Source of the DNA: Blasia pusilla | Taxonomy: Eukaryota | Direction: 5' to 3' | Assembly: GCA_050084515.1 (NCBI GenBank) | Contig: CM114271.1 | Span: 26,474,001 to 26,538,000, forward strand | DNA length: 64,000 bases | In this document: one piece after another, positions 37,901 through 51,695 of the stretch | Layout: each line of letters opens with the position of its first letter | Position numbering within the stretch: position 1 is the first letter of the stretch | The notes under the pieces: model-generated | Seen by the model: only the letters and a program-made list of their open reading frames with translations | What the model was told of the DNA's origin: nothing | Database searches by the model: none | Program-made: the position numbers and the translations under genes

Positions 37901-39072
37901 TTGGGGGCGCTCTAGGTAAGAACAAAGTTTCCCCATGGGTTTGCAAAAATTGCAAATACCAGGATGGGGTATGTGGATAAATGAGGGGATGACCCAACAA
38001 TAATGAATTGTAAAAATTTTAATGTTCATTTAAAAAATATAAAGGTGTGTTTGCTTTCACATTTTCTTTCATCCTACGGGGGACCTTGGTAGAAAAAGGA
38101 GAGAACTATTCACAAAAGGGTTCCTTTGGTTGGGGCCATAAATACCATACATCCTTTCGAATGGAACGTAAATTGGATGGAAGAATTCAGGAGGTAAATT
38201 TTGGGGTTTTTTTAGGTCACTTTGAGTTTGAGATGAGATACTTATAGTGTTAAAAAAGAATAGTATGATTTTTGTGCAGCAGGAAATATTTTTAGACCAT
38301 CCATCTCCACTTTGTGATTTTCTTTCTATTTATCGCATTACTCCCTCCATATCGTAAAGGTAGTTCTACATCTTTGTACTGATTTCCATTTCTTGTTCCA
38401 TCCATTAGAGATGTTTGTGCAATGTTTCGTTTCAATGAAATTCCCAATAAAATATTACACGCTTTCTTTTCCATAAATTTGATATTCACTTGTCTCTTCA
38501 TTCCATCCACTAGAGATGTTTGTGCAATACACACGATAATTTAAATTAATTATTGTAATTATCTGTGAGTAATTAATTAACAAATCCCCAAAATTTTTAA
38601 TTGATCTTTCAAATTAATTTTTGAATAATCTTTTTGGTTGAGAGATCGAGTGACCCTATTGGTTGAGAGGGTGAACAATCCTAAATTCCTAAAATCCCAT
38701 TTTCTAGGAGGGTCAAATATTATTGCATTAAGAGGAGAGGTGTTTAAAAATTAAAGAGGTACACTCCAATAATAAAATAAATACATGCATGAATATTTTA
38801 GTCTCATAGACCCTTTCCAATCCCATCCTTTAATACAATCTTAGATGATAGATCCCAACCATTAGGCTTGTTGAAAGACTCCCCCTAAAATGGACAAGAG
38901 TCATCACTACTAGAAGCCACACATATGACCTCTTTTACTATCTTATTTTTACAAAATATAGATTATAAAAAAAATCCCAAGGTACCCATTTTTTCATGTG
39001 AAAATATGTCATAACTCAAACTACATTATGGTAGTTAGTAGTCACGCTTTGCAAAGTAGTGCTCTTATGGCA

Positions 39073-39119
39073 TCTAACCATTCATCCCATCCTAATCCAT
39101 GATGGGATGAATGGTTAGA
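39073..39119. repeat. Perfect inverted repeat, 19-bp arms, 9-nt loop
   Basis: tctaaccattcatcccatc / gatgggatgaatggttaga. Confidence 0.97.
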
Positions 39120-39422
39120 CGAGATCATGTCGGTATGATCCTAAATATTCTCCTCTTTGAATATTCTCCTTGAGGAGTAATTTTCCTATGTGACTATTTT
39201 GTGCTAATGATTCATAGGGATTGTTACAAGGAGTAATTTTCCTAATAGGGTCCGCAAAACATATTTTAAAAGGGTTCTTATTTTCTCTTTCCCATCATCC
39301 TACAAGAGGATACTCACTAAACCAATGCACTATTTTGGGTGTGTTCCATTAATCTATGTTTCTTGTTATCATGAAACATCAAGCAATTGATATTATATAT
39401 CTAGGAGGAAAATAATAAAAAT

Positions 39423-39470
39423 ATGACTTTGATATTACCATTTACATGTAAATGGTAATATCAAAGTCAT
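39423..39470. repeat. Perfect 48-bp palindrome with no spacer
   Basis: atgactttgatattaccatttaca|tgtaaatggtaatatcaaagtcat. Confidence 0.97.
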
Positions 39471-39474
39471 GTAG

Positions 39475-39617
39475 ATTTCTAGCCATATTTTCCTTTAGAA
39501 GAACCACCTCTAAAATTAACTCTCCTCTTTTTTCTTAAACTCTTAGAGGGAGTTTAAGAAAAAAGAGGAGAGTTAATTTTAGAGGTGGTTCTTCTAAAGG
39601 AAAATATGGCTAGAAAT
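39475..39617. repeat. Perfect inverted repeat, 68-bp arms, 7-nt loop
   Basis: 39475..39542 is the exact reverse complement of 39550..39617; the loop is ttagagg. Confidence 0.97.
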
Positions 39618-42600
39618 TTAGAAGAAGAAGAATATTCAAAGAGGAGAGTGGGACATTATTTTCTTATTTCAAAATAGTGCATCATATACGTCGACTACGG
39701 ATACTTTCTATGTTAGCACTTGCATATGTAAGCAATAATGTTCTCAAAACATATGATTAGACGAAAAATAAATCCAATTGAGGTTTTCATTCATATATGA
39801 CAAGCTATCACGAAAGGGAATTACTCACATTATATATTAAAAAATTTCAAAATAGTCTCTCACGTGATTTCGCATATGATTCTCATCGTCGTAAACATTT
39901 TTTCTTACATTCCATGGATTCACGTGAGAAACACTTTTCACACATTTTCTTCTATGAAATCACCCAAATAAAAAACTCGTGTTAAAATATCTAATCCATA
40001 TGGTCTTATCTGTAAACATAAACAGATGTAACCAAAACAAATAGTTTCCTCGTAATCCACGCTAAGAGCAGCTGATGAGGATTATACGGAGGGTCAGCAT
40101 GAAATCATCCACGCTAAACGTGCCCGATTATTGTGAATGAATTAGTTGGTTTCTTTGTCGTACATGCTTCTCTAGCAGATTGAGAGTTTACGGATCTTAT
40201 AATAAGAAGCTGCTAACCTACTTATGCACCCACTCGTTTATTCAGCAGCAATTTCAGCTCACTTGAGACCACTAAATAGTTCCCAAAATGAGGTTTTTTT
40301 TTCCCCCCAGTCAAACTATTCCTTCCCCCTAAGGAACCCAAGGAAGTTGAAAATTTCTCACTACTATTACTACTAGTTCGCATGGTCCATTATTGAAGGA
40401 AGTGTGCAATGTTGGTGACACCGTTAAATGCACCCTCAAGGGCTTCCATAGCAAGTCAAGCCAAAAGAAAAATAGGGCTCTTGGAGAAAAGAAACAAAAG
40501 AGAGTACAACTTTGTATTTGAGAAAGAACGAAATGGGAATAGGGTCCATGGAGCTCCTCTTTCTTTCTCTCTCTCATGTTCGTTCGTTGGATTTCTTTCT
40601 CGCTCCGTCCGTCCGTCCGTCCGATCGACTGACTGTCGATCACGCACTCACTCAGTCTGTCGTTCCTACGCTGCGACCGACAACTGGCGATCTGGATCTC
40701 CCCCGCGTCTTTCTGGGACGATCCTTAGCGGAGGGGGGAATGGGACGTTCCGACAGCATGATTTTCTACTTCCTACGGGATTCTCTGAGAAAGAGCGAAG
40801 TTAATAAGTAAACGGGAAAATGACGCAGCGGCATAGCTCCGCAGCCGCGCCGTCCGACGGGGTTGTAACGGGTGCTCGTAGGGATGTCGCTGAGCGACAT
40901 GGATGGGGGGATCCCACCACATCCATCAACTCTAACTGGAAACCCCTGTCCCATGGTTGAGAATTTTAAAAAATGATTTTAAATTATTAAAATAGAATAA
41001 AAGTTCGTGGCTATTTTTATACTTCCATAAAGAAATGGAGAAATGACCATAAATAAAGACATGATAGCCCCATGTGGGTTTTCTACGAAGCTGGGGAGTG
41101 GGGACCCGTAGTAGGATCGGAGTCCAGAAACGGTTGGGAATGTTGAAGAGGCCCAAACAAATATAATTGAGTCCCCCCAGACAAACTTTTGTCTTTTGGT
41201 CCATTACTTTGTCCTTCTTCGCATTGCCTTTTTCGTTTTTCAATAAATGAGAAAAATGACCAATTTATTACCGGCGGAGGCGATCGGGAAGGATCGACGG
41301 CCCGAGCTTCGCTACAGCAGGACGCATTTCCCGTTCCTTCCGCGCTCACAGTCAACCGGACAGAGTTACCGAGGAAAGAACTCTTTCCGTCACTTTTCCA
41401 CCGAGACGGTTTGCTCCTTCCCGGAGCCCCCCAAACTCTCAGGCGACGTCCTCACGTAACCTTTAACTTTCTTTTTATATACCTTCTTGTACTCTGTCCC
41501 CGCTTTACTCTTGCCATGTGGCTACGGCGCGTAATTATTATGTCAAGCGACGCTCTCCAGGAGTTCTCTCAGTGGAGGGCCGGGGCCGGGGAATCCTGTC
41601 TTTTTAAGATCGGGCAGAGTACATCCAACCACAGTCCGTCAGCCTACGGATGTGAAGGAGACGCTTCGACCAACAACTGTAGCCCAAACAGTGCGCTCAC
41701 TGCAAGAGGACATGTGGAGGGTGTAAGACAGGAATTCCGATAAATAATGATAAACATTTACTCAGAAATACGGGCGGACTTAGTTGATATTAATTCGCGC
41801 TCACGACACCAAGAAAATAAAAGCCTCCTTTTAATCAATATAGAGCCTGTCAACATTATGTGTCAATCATGCAAACTCTCAACGTCCATTATAATTATAA
41901 TTATATATATATACATATATATATAAACGTTCTGAAGTACTGCCGTATGTGCATGGAAAAATCAAATTAATACACTTAATTCAAACTAGACTGGTTTCTA
42001 AATAAAATATTGCCAAGAATGGGGTCACTTTTGAAAGGGTTTTTGGCCATGGTAATTTGCCCGTGAAAGGATGATGAAAGATACAAATGTGATCTTTTGA
42101 TAATGATAGAAATTAAGAATAATCAAATTCTCAAGTACTTTAATATGTTTGTGGGTGTGCAAAGCATCTCTTCGTTCCTTGGGATAGAGGGAAAGACTCC
42201 CTCCAATTCCACATCTTCTCTCCTTTCCTCATCTTCCATGTTCCGTTCCTCCCTCCCCCCATTGTCTATATCTTTTGATGGTAGGAGTTGAAATGGATTC
42301 TCGTCCCCTCTCTACTCTCCATTGACAACGTCTATCCACTCACTTTGTGGATTGAAACATAGGATTATGTGGAGCGGATCAAAGGAAGGTTAGTCAGTCC
42401 ATTCCTCCTCTCCAACCATCTCCTACTCCTATATCTCATCTCTCCTCCTTATTGAATATTTATTTCATATTTCATATCCCCTCTTCTCTTACCGAAAAAA
42501 TAAATATTAAAAAACATGAGACCCTCCTTTGATGAAAAAGATACATGTCATGGATATACTGATCGTTCCATAACATACATTGTTATCAAGGTCACCAATG

Positions 42601-42860
42601 AATCTCAAAAATCATATTTCACATATTGTGTAGTTCTTTTTGATGTCGAACCAAATCCACTTTCATGATGAGAGGCTTCGGTTACTCACAAGGTAAGGAG
42701 GACTATAGGATCGGAGGAGTTTCAACAAAGAGAAAAGAAGCTCTCTCTCCTTTGTGTCTAGCCTTCTCCTCTCTTTGATGACTTGTACATGCAAGTCATT
42801 TCTCTAATCCCAACCTTCAATACTGATTCAAGGTTTACCTTCCAAAATGGGAATTAAATT

Positions 42861-43593
42861 ATGCCTAGAATAGGGGAATTACCCAGGCGTGCATGTCACA
42901 AGGAAATATTAACTCAAAAAGCACCTGTTGAAGATGAATTCCTTCTCGAAACATCTCCTACGTAAGTTTGCAAAATTCACAATCATTTCACATGTCCACA
43001 TTTCCACCCTTCATAATCTTCACTTTTAATTTAAGTTAGTGCATTGCTCTTAACATTTCTGTATTGTTTCAGACTTCCCATTCCATTGAATCCTATGGAT
43101 GTACGTGATTTTCGGAAGGTTCTATGCGGCGAGGCCCAAAAACGAAAACGTGCTATTCGTGCTGATAAAATGGAAGCCTTGAAAGAAAAAAAGAGGTGTT
43201 ATTATCGAGAGTAAAGAAAAAGAAGGAAAGCGCTTCATGGTCAAGTTGAGACTCCGATGGTAGTTCAAAGTATTCTAACTACTCCAAATGAAGAGCTTAT
43301 GGCCATTGGTAGTCAATCCATGAGGTACATATCTAAATTTTTACATCTCGCTGAAAATCTTTGATTGTTCATTTTTAATTTGTATGTATTATGTAATATA
43401 TTGATGTTTTCTCAGGCCTTTTAATGAGGATGGAGGAATGGTAGCAGAAAATGAAGAATTTCATCTTCCATCCACATATCGGATAAATGCATCACCAAGA
43501 CGGGAGTTACGTGATAGTGCACTCCATGAAGTTTTCGATAATATATCTATGACAAGGCCAACTCTTGCGAAGTATTTGCTTCTTTCCTTATAA
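42861..43593 (+). pseudogene. Three-exon gene remnant with one premature stop, probably the 5' part of a DNA-transposon gene
   Basis: Exons 42861..42961, 43073..43324 and 43416..43593; GT-AG introns of 111 and 91 nt, both phase 2. The frame is continuous except for TAA at 43212. Basic tract RKRAIRADKMEALKEKKRCYYRE*RKRRK. Confidence 0.55.
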
Positions 43594-43859
43594 GCTATAG
43601 TCTTCTTCTTACGTCCGCAGTTCAACCAAAGAAGTTGTCTCCTTCCTTTAAGATAATTCCTCGGCCTTGTCAACCTCTTCCTCTTCTCATTGGAATCCAA
43701 TATTCCCTACATACTTCTGCTCTTCAAACCTGCTTCCTCTTTATTAATATAAAATTTTCAACAACACTTCTTCTTCACTTTTCTTTTTACGACAACAACT
43801 ATCCTATTCTAACTCAAAATCCTATTTTTGCAAAAAAGTCAGAAAAACAAGTATTACAG

Positions 43860-44324
43860 CTCCATTTGGATAGTTTTTCTAAAATAACTCTTAAAAAGTT
43901 GTAACTTGTCGGCCATAGCTTAAAGGATGATAATGCAAAGAAACTTTTCAAATAATTTTCAATCGTATCCTTTATTATATATAAATTAAAAGATACATAC
44001 TCTTCTATTTCTTCATATGTCATTGTTGAATAATAGCTTAGATTATCAATATGGATATCTTGACAAGAAAGATATTGGGGATTGGAATTTTAGGAAGAAA
44101 AATTCCCCATAATAATTTTAGGATTAATATAGATTTAAGATTTTTAGGAAAAATCTTAAATCTCCATTGGGATAGTTTTGCTAAAATCACTCTTAAGATG
44201 TTGTAAATTGTAGGCCATACCTTAAAGGACGATTATGAAAAGAAAAAATTCAAATTATTTCCAAATGTATCATTTCTAATATTTAAATTAAAAGATACAT
44301 ACTCTTCTATTTCCTCATATGTCA
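43860..44324 (+). repeat. Direct repeat, 2 x ~163 bp
   Basis: 43860..44022 versus 44162..44324 (shared aaattaaaagatacatactcttctattt, catatgtca). Confidence 0.9.
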
Positions 44325-45554
44325 CTCTAGAATTTTCCTTACATCCATTTTTTTGACTTTTTATTTGTGTTAGCAAGATATATTTGAATATCACGAGAGG
44401 AGTTTTTACGATAATAACTAAAAACAAGGGGATGCTTTGGCTTTATACAAGTTTTAAAGTTTATCCATTCATGTTTTATTTTCTATATTTGGTACTATAT
44501 TTAGAATCTTTACAATTACATCGAATAATATCCAATTCAAATTGTATAATTAGATGTGTTAATATTATATATAGTGGAATATTATGATGAATAATTTATA
44601 AATTAATATGAAATATCATATATGATATGTAATTCATTTTTCACTTATTCTAAGTAAAAAATCGGATATAGAAAAAAATTCTTTAAAAATCTGGACTTAT
44701 CCCCTGCATTTTCATCAATATATACATGAGCAATGGATGGAAATGAGGAAGGGAAATTTGGTTCTAGCCTTACAAAATAACATCAAATCCCTTAGAAGAA
44801 TATCAAATGGTAAATAAATAATATAATATGACTTTTCAATAGAAAAAGGTGGAAAAAATATATGGTGTATTTACCTGAAGTGTAATTTCAAATAAATCTA
44901 ATATAAGTAGGTTTTCTTGTTAAAAGGAGAAGCATAATTTAAGTAGACTTGGTTTTAATGATACTTGGAATCTTAACTTAGTAAAATTGAAATAAAATCA
45001 TATAGTAATCATTATTAACTGGAACACACTCTAATAGTGGCCTTTGTATAAACTAGCAACTTCCTACAAATATAATTTTTTTTCATTTTTTACTAAAAAC
45101 TCCAAGGTTGGCAATAATATTATCATGCCCATGATATACTACCATATTTCAATATTAAATTGGATTTTCCACATCCAAAATCTCAGCTCTAAACTTATTA
45201 AAAAAAACTCTCCTCTCTCCAAATGTCTCTTATAACTAGTACCACTATACTATGCCCATGTTAATCATGTGTAGTTTTGAATTTAAGTTCCTACTTTCCT
45301 AAGCTACCCAAATGACATGTGTCAATTACTCATGGTCCCAAAATATGTTTAGAACCTCATAACTACTTCTATTTTAATAATTTAGATGTATTCTAGAAAA
45401 TTTTAATTATCAATAATAAATTTCTATTTAATATACAATTATAAGAAAGAATGAACTTTTTCCAAGACAGCTTGGGTTTTTAAAAGATAACTCAAACCAT
45501 GGTTGGACAAAAATAGACAAGTGCGTCCCTAGGGATGGTCATGGAGGAAAAGTT

Positions 45555-46194
45555 TGGATATATCCATGGACGTGAATTGCAAGAGGTGGGACCCACACTT
45601 ATAACTAATGATGGAAGACATGATAAGGACGGGCGGGGCAATAAAGAGGAAGGGAGTGGAGGTGGGGGGAGAAAGAAACGGAAAATTCGGAACACGGAGG
45701 CAAGTGGGGGCAATAAGAACGAGGGGGAAGATGGGGGCCACATGGACATGTCCTTTTATAGGACAGACATAAATCCACGGACTTGGACATGTCTGTGGAG
45801 AGTGCACACAGACTTTGTTCACATGCAACCTTGACTCAAACATTGGTTAGATTGAGGGTCAGAGAGGTTTGGCCAATGTCCAAAATTTATCCTAATAGAA
45901 AGTGGGGGCCCTCCAAGGTTGCATGTGGATAAATTCTGTGCTCCCGGACATGTCCATCTCCATGGACTTACATTCGTTCTATGGAAGGACTTATCCATAT
46001 GGAGCCCATCCTTCACTTTCTTTCTCATTCCCCCCACTTGCCTTCGTGTTCCATTCTCTTACGTTTCTTCCTCCCTTCTCCCTCCACCTTCATTTCCTCC
46101 CCCCTTATTGCCCTACTTGCTCTTGCCCTGCCTCTCATCATTAACTATAAGTGTGAGTCCTACCTCTTGCAATCCATGTCCGTGGACATATCCA
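45555..46194. mobile_element. Long imperfect inverted repeat (~280-bp arms, ~80-nt spacer); fold-back/MITE-like
   Basis: 45555..45833 versus the reverse complement of 45914..46194 (ttgcaagaggt, cacacttata..taatgatg, aggcaagtggggg, ggacatgtc, acatgcaaccttg). Confidence 0.75.
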
Positions 46195-48689
46195 TCAATA
46201 TCCATTTTTGTGAACCAGGGGGCCCTTACAATGCCCCCAATGTCAACTACCCACATAAACATATAAGACCAAAATGCATGATTTTTTTTACTTTGATGCC
46301 TATAATTTATTTCTATGTCGATAGGTGTGGGGGAAGAGATGGTTTGTTTATTGAGGCAATTGAAGAATCTCACAAAATTCTATCTAATAAAATACTTATG
46401 ATTATTGAGACTAATATGGTTGTATAATGCATGACTATAAATCACTACTCTCTCCTTCATATGAGAAAATATCCCTCTTTATACCCCTTCTTAAATCTCC
46501 TCTTTAATTTAAACATCTTAGCCCATGATATCGTCTTGATTTAGAAATCTCATTTTTGAAAATAAAAAGAAAATCCTTCTTTTCTTCAATCCTCATCCTA
46601 GCTACTAATCTATAACATTTTTTGAATGGGAACAACTACACAAGGAAAGTATTTTATGAAAGGATTGTAGTTTTTTAAAAGAAAAAAGATATGATATCTT
46701 ATTACTTCAATTTTCAAGGAAAGGATATAAGCAACTATATTACTTGTGGTTATGTATGATTGGAACATTTAAAAGGCTTATTTATATTGTAATTGGAAGA
46801 AGAGAAGTTAGTTAATATGAGAAAACATTTCTAAACTAAGTCAATTATTGGAATGGAATGATGAGTTATCTCTTGCCTTTAAAGAGTTGGAATATTTTCA
46901 AATACTAGCATTTTTTCAAGAAATTATGAGATGAATGTTCTTTTAGAAGTGGATTAGCATGTACAACCCAAAAACTTAATATGTACAAATAAGATAGACA
47001 TAGGCTCTTATCATTATAAACTTTCCTTGTGTATTTATTTTATAGTTATATATGCATTCTACTAAAAACATATCAACATTTAAAAAGAAGACATATGATG
47101 TTCATAGAAGGTCTTATATTTCCCTTACCCTTAACGTTGATAATACTAAAGGAAGATTAAGTGCCAATTGGGTGTATAACCCTTTCAATGAGATTTTTGG
47201 ATGGTCTTACACCCAAACATTCCCCTTTGAACAATGTAACAATAAAGAGTCTTGCCCTTTGGCATACATGAGAAATAAAAATTTAGATCCAAGTAGTTAT
47301 TTTTCTATAGTTTTATCACGAAAAATTTAATCCATCAATTTTCATGTTTATATTGTGCACACATTTTTTTTAATAGTAATGGGCCAATATTCATCCATAT
47401 AAGAGATAGTTCAACAAACATATCTCTCCCCTTTTTCTACATATGACTAAACTTCACTAAAGTCTATTTGAGTGTATATTCATCTTCGGACCTATGGCTG
47501 TAAAAATACTTGTTTAGAGATTTCCATCATTAATCCACATGCTCTAGGGGGTATCACACTCGTTTGAATTTTTTTCTTAAAAATTTCCTTTTCTTCCCAA
47601 GAGAATACTTTCAACATCTTTTGACATTTTGAGAAGTTTTCTAATAGATTGGAAATTCCTAATTTTCACGGGTTGACTTTTTAGAGATACCCTAGATCTT
47701 GTTACTTACAAAATTTTCAATTGGATGAAAAATCAGTTATCTCTATAGGCTCATTTTACAAAGAAAGGTGGTTCTTAGCCATCCATAGCGTCACTTACCA
47801 TTTTGACAGGAGACACTAGTACTCGAACTTCATACAACACTAGAGTATACATGTCCATGCTGCACACGAGGTAAAAATGCTCTACTAGAAAACTTGGTTG
47901 GTGCTATACTTGGTCTTCAAACATAATTTTTTTTCTCAATGTCCTGTATACTTGAAACAAGTACTAACCCTAAATTGTGTTTTTTTTTTTTTTGTTGGAG
48001 GGGGGGGGACCTCCTTTCTTAACCCTAGAGGCCTAAGATACCAAGAGTGGTTTCTCTGCATAGATGTAGCATACTTTATTTTCCTAAGAGTTATGCTAGA
48101 GAGGAAACATCAACTATTTTTCCATAAGACTTTTCTAGAGTGGAGTCAATAGTGATGGTGACTCATGGAAAAATGACTGTGTAGATATGTAAAAGTCATT
48201 TGGTGAGAGTAATCCAAAACTAAGGTATTCCACTTTTCCAATCAAAGGGGTCCCTCCCCCTTCATACTCTCAAATTCTCAATGATGGCATGACAATCTTC
48301 TTAACCTCGTGCGTGAAATTAGAATTTACGAATTGGGCGGTCTCATTGTCTTTTCAACGATCCTATTGAGAATAAAAAATGAAAAAAAAATTCCATTTTT
48401 TTGTAATCTTCCAAAAACTCATCACTCCTTCAAGGTCAATATTGTGTGTCATTGTTTGTCCAAATAAATGTTTTCAAGATTCTTCAATTTATGGACTATT
48501 CATTTGCCCTAAGGAAGAAAGTGGTAAAAACATATTAAATTTCACTTCCTAGTATATTTTCTTATGATGAATCTCGCTCAAGTGGAAAAGATCGCGAAAA
48601 TAATAAGAAACCCAATTTACATTTGGACAAAGCTCAAATAATAATTCTTTGACCTTGGCTAGATTGATACCAATAGGAGATAAATTGAA

Positions 48690-49240
48690 TAAGAGGCGAT
48701 AGGGAAACCCAACGAAAGTACAAAAAGGAGGACTCAAAGGTTAAGAACATCTAGGTCAAATCTAGCTACGGCAAAAAAAAGGTGATCCCTTAGAAGCAAA
48801 ACTCATCTATTGCAAAAATAATATAAACAACCTCTAAAGGAACATGACCACCACTAAGACAACCTCTAACAATTCCGTCAATATATGACACATCTAATAA
48901 TGTAGATTATCGCCAATCAAAGTCCCATGCAAACCATCATATCCAAACTTTAGTAGGGATTAAAGGTATAGATGATCTTGTTGGCCCCAATTTCAAGTCC
49001 TATTCAAGCCCCCGCTGCCAAATTAGCATGGAGTGCAATATCTTATTTTGTATGTGGATTTCTTATGGCGGCGATGGAGGTGGCTGGTTCATGAATGAAT
49101 GGGGGTCAAGGAGACAACGGGACCTTAATAAAAAGAGATAAAAGAACTCATGGGAATCATAAAAGGGAGACTCAAATAGTCAAGAGCACCATAACCACAT
49201 ACGGTGGGGATAAGGGAAAAGGGAGAGCCCTCTAAGACTT
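48690..49240 (-). mobile_element. Two short old 3'-end remnants of the CRE-like family (~48690..48930 and ~49130..49240)
   Basis: Shares gat.g.aaaccca.cg.aagt, gactcaaa, aaaactca and atgac.ac.actaag..cctcta with 24205..24390. Confidence 0.55.
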
Positions 49241-51695
49241 GGATCCTATTGGCACTCGCGACTCTGCGCGACCATATGACCATCCCAAAAATGGAGTCCA
49301 TAGTTCAGACGGGAAATAGATACCAACCAAATTCATCCGGAATACAATACAATTAATCTAGAAAATGAGTTTATGAGGTCGCAAAATTGATTTCCATGCT
49401 CGCGCCCAATCTTGGACGCTAGGATTTTAGGTGCTTACGGGATCCGACCCTAAGAGGTGCGCGCCATGGGCACTCATTGATAAGACACCACACTTGCAAT
49501 CAAAATCTACACTCCAAATGCAAAATAGAAACCGGTGAATTTAACCCCAAACAGGACACAAAATAAAATTACAATATGAATCTTCAAGATTTTCCTAGAC
49601 CGATTTCCATTTTTTTTTGCACCAAAACCCTCGCAATCTAAGACCAAGCTATTTCATGTGCCCATGGGACATCTCTAAAGGGGACCAAAGGAAGGAAGAA
49701 AGATGCTCACCCTAATCTCTTAGGGTGATGGTGATATTAATGACTAGTGTGATACCAATGCTATGTACCGGTGAAGGAAAAAAATTCTAAACATCCGTCG
49801 AATCTTTAAACTTGTTATTTTAAATTTTCTCTTAAATGTAACATGTATCAACATCGGAACAATATTAAACCCAAGAATAGATTTTTTTTAATCCCGTCCT
49901 CTTTTAATTTATATTATTATCGGAAACGTGTTGAAAAGAGTAAAAAATAATGTCAACCCAAGAGTAGATTTTTTCTTACCTGTCCTCTTTTAAGTTTTAT
50001 TATTATTGGGGAATGAGGGTGCCACGTCTCACCTTATTAAAGGCGTCCCTTTATTTGCCGTTATAAGAAGACGGATAGGATTCAGATGCCTTTCACCCGT
50101 GTTACATAACACCAGATCCGTAGTTAGGAAAAACACCAGATCCGTAGTTATATATGATATATAGATGAGAGGAGATTTAAAGCGTTGTTCTCGAATGACA
50201 ATGAGTGGAAAATAACTCCGAAAAGAAATCCTTCGGGAAAAGACTAGTGGCGGAAGCATGATGCATACAGAATCAGCTGCGCTGCTAATGAATTCGCGAC
50301 GGGACCGTCCATCGATTACTTTCCGTCTCCCCAACTTCGCATGACGGGAGGATATGGAGTAAGCACCGTCACTGATATCGAGGGTATTCGAAATTCGGCG
50401 AGGGCTGCGGGGGTTTACGATGGTGTGATTCCGAAGTTTGAGGGAGGGAGGGAGGGTTAATGCGAGAGAGATATGTGGAGTGAGCAGCTTGATGGAGAGA
50501 TTGAGAGAGGCATCGAGGGTACTGCGGGAGTTTATGATGATCCCGAAATTTGAGGAAGGGAGATGCTGGAAGGGGCGAGGGAACGATGCCTTTCTTTCTC
50601 TCGATCTCTTGATTGAGAGATCGAGCGAGAGAGAGGCGTTGGAAATTCGGAGGGGGCTGGGGGAGTTTAGGATGTTCTGGATCCGAGTTTCGAGTGCTCG
50701 AGGGGCGAGGGACAACTGCTGTGGAAAGTGTCCGGCAGCGCTTTTGTTGTGGAACCTCGTCGGGCGATTGATGGTCTTCAATCCCCGCTCTTCAATCAAT
50801 GGATGCCTAGACGGTAAGTAGGTCACATTCGGATCATAACTGCCGGCCGAGGCGTGCCACACAGCGCAAACGTACAGCCTCGGAAGTTATCAGAACATGT
50901 GCATCATATCCAGATGTGACATCATTTGCTCTCATTTAGACAGTTTCATGTGAATCCCGTCCAGGCTTGGCGTCATCATCTCGCTCGGCTTACTGCCTTG
51001 AACGCTTAGACGGTTTGCTCTTGCATACGTGTTGTACCGCTTTTGACATCGCAGCAATCCGGAAAGTTAGCTCCATCCTTCCTCCAAACGTGGGAAACGC
51101 AACGGTAATTCCTCGTCTGTATGTTCGTCAATTTTGTGACGTGATCTTCTTGCGTAGGAGCGCAACGGTTATGCCTACTGCGTAGAGGTCGATGCACATT
51201 CTTCTTACGTGGAAAGATGGCGGTTACTGCGCATCTGTTTGCGGAGTTTAGGGAGTCGGGGAGCCTGAGCGTTTGCTACTGTGAGTCGTTGCTTTCGATC
51301 CGCTGTGGTTTTTTTCCCAGTGCCGATGAGCACCACCGACGCGGTGCCAGTGACTGCCGTGAAACACGACGGAGGTTTCTGAGGCGATGGACGATGTTTG
51401 TCACTCGCGGTGTTTGTCAGACACGATTGCACTCAATTCCACCGACGCGGCGCAATCAATTGAAGGCTGCTCTGCTAGTGCCAGAGACTGCCCGAGGTCA
51501 CCTCGCCATTAAATGAGTCTCGAGGTGAGACTGATTGTACAGGACTTAAAGTTTACTGAGAATCACTACGGGAAACAAAGGCGTCACTGATTCTGAATGT
51601 GCGGTGCGAATTTTGATCCTCCATGTCTCACAAGCCCACCGTCCCCTCCATCCTGCGGCATACACGAGACACATTTAGAAAGGTTTCTCCTTGTC

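Noticed and set aside
50029-50862. 277-aa minus-strand ORF
   Set aside because: GTG start; Ser/Leu/Arg-rich translation of GA-rich repeats; no domain.
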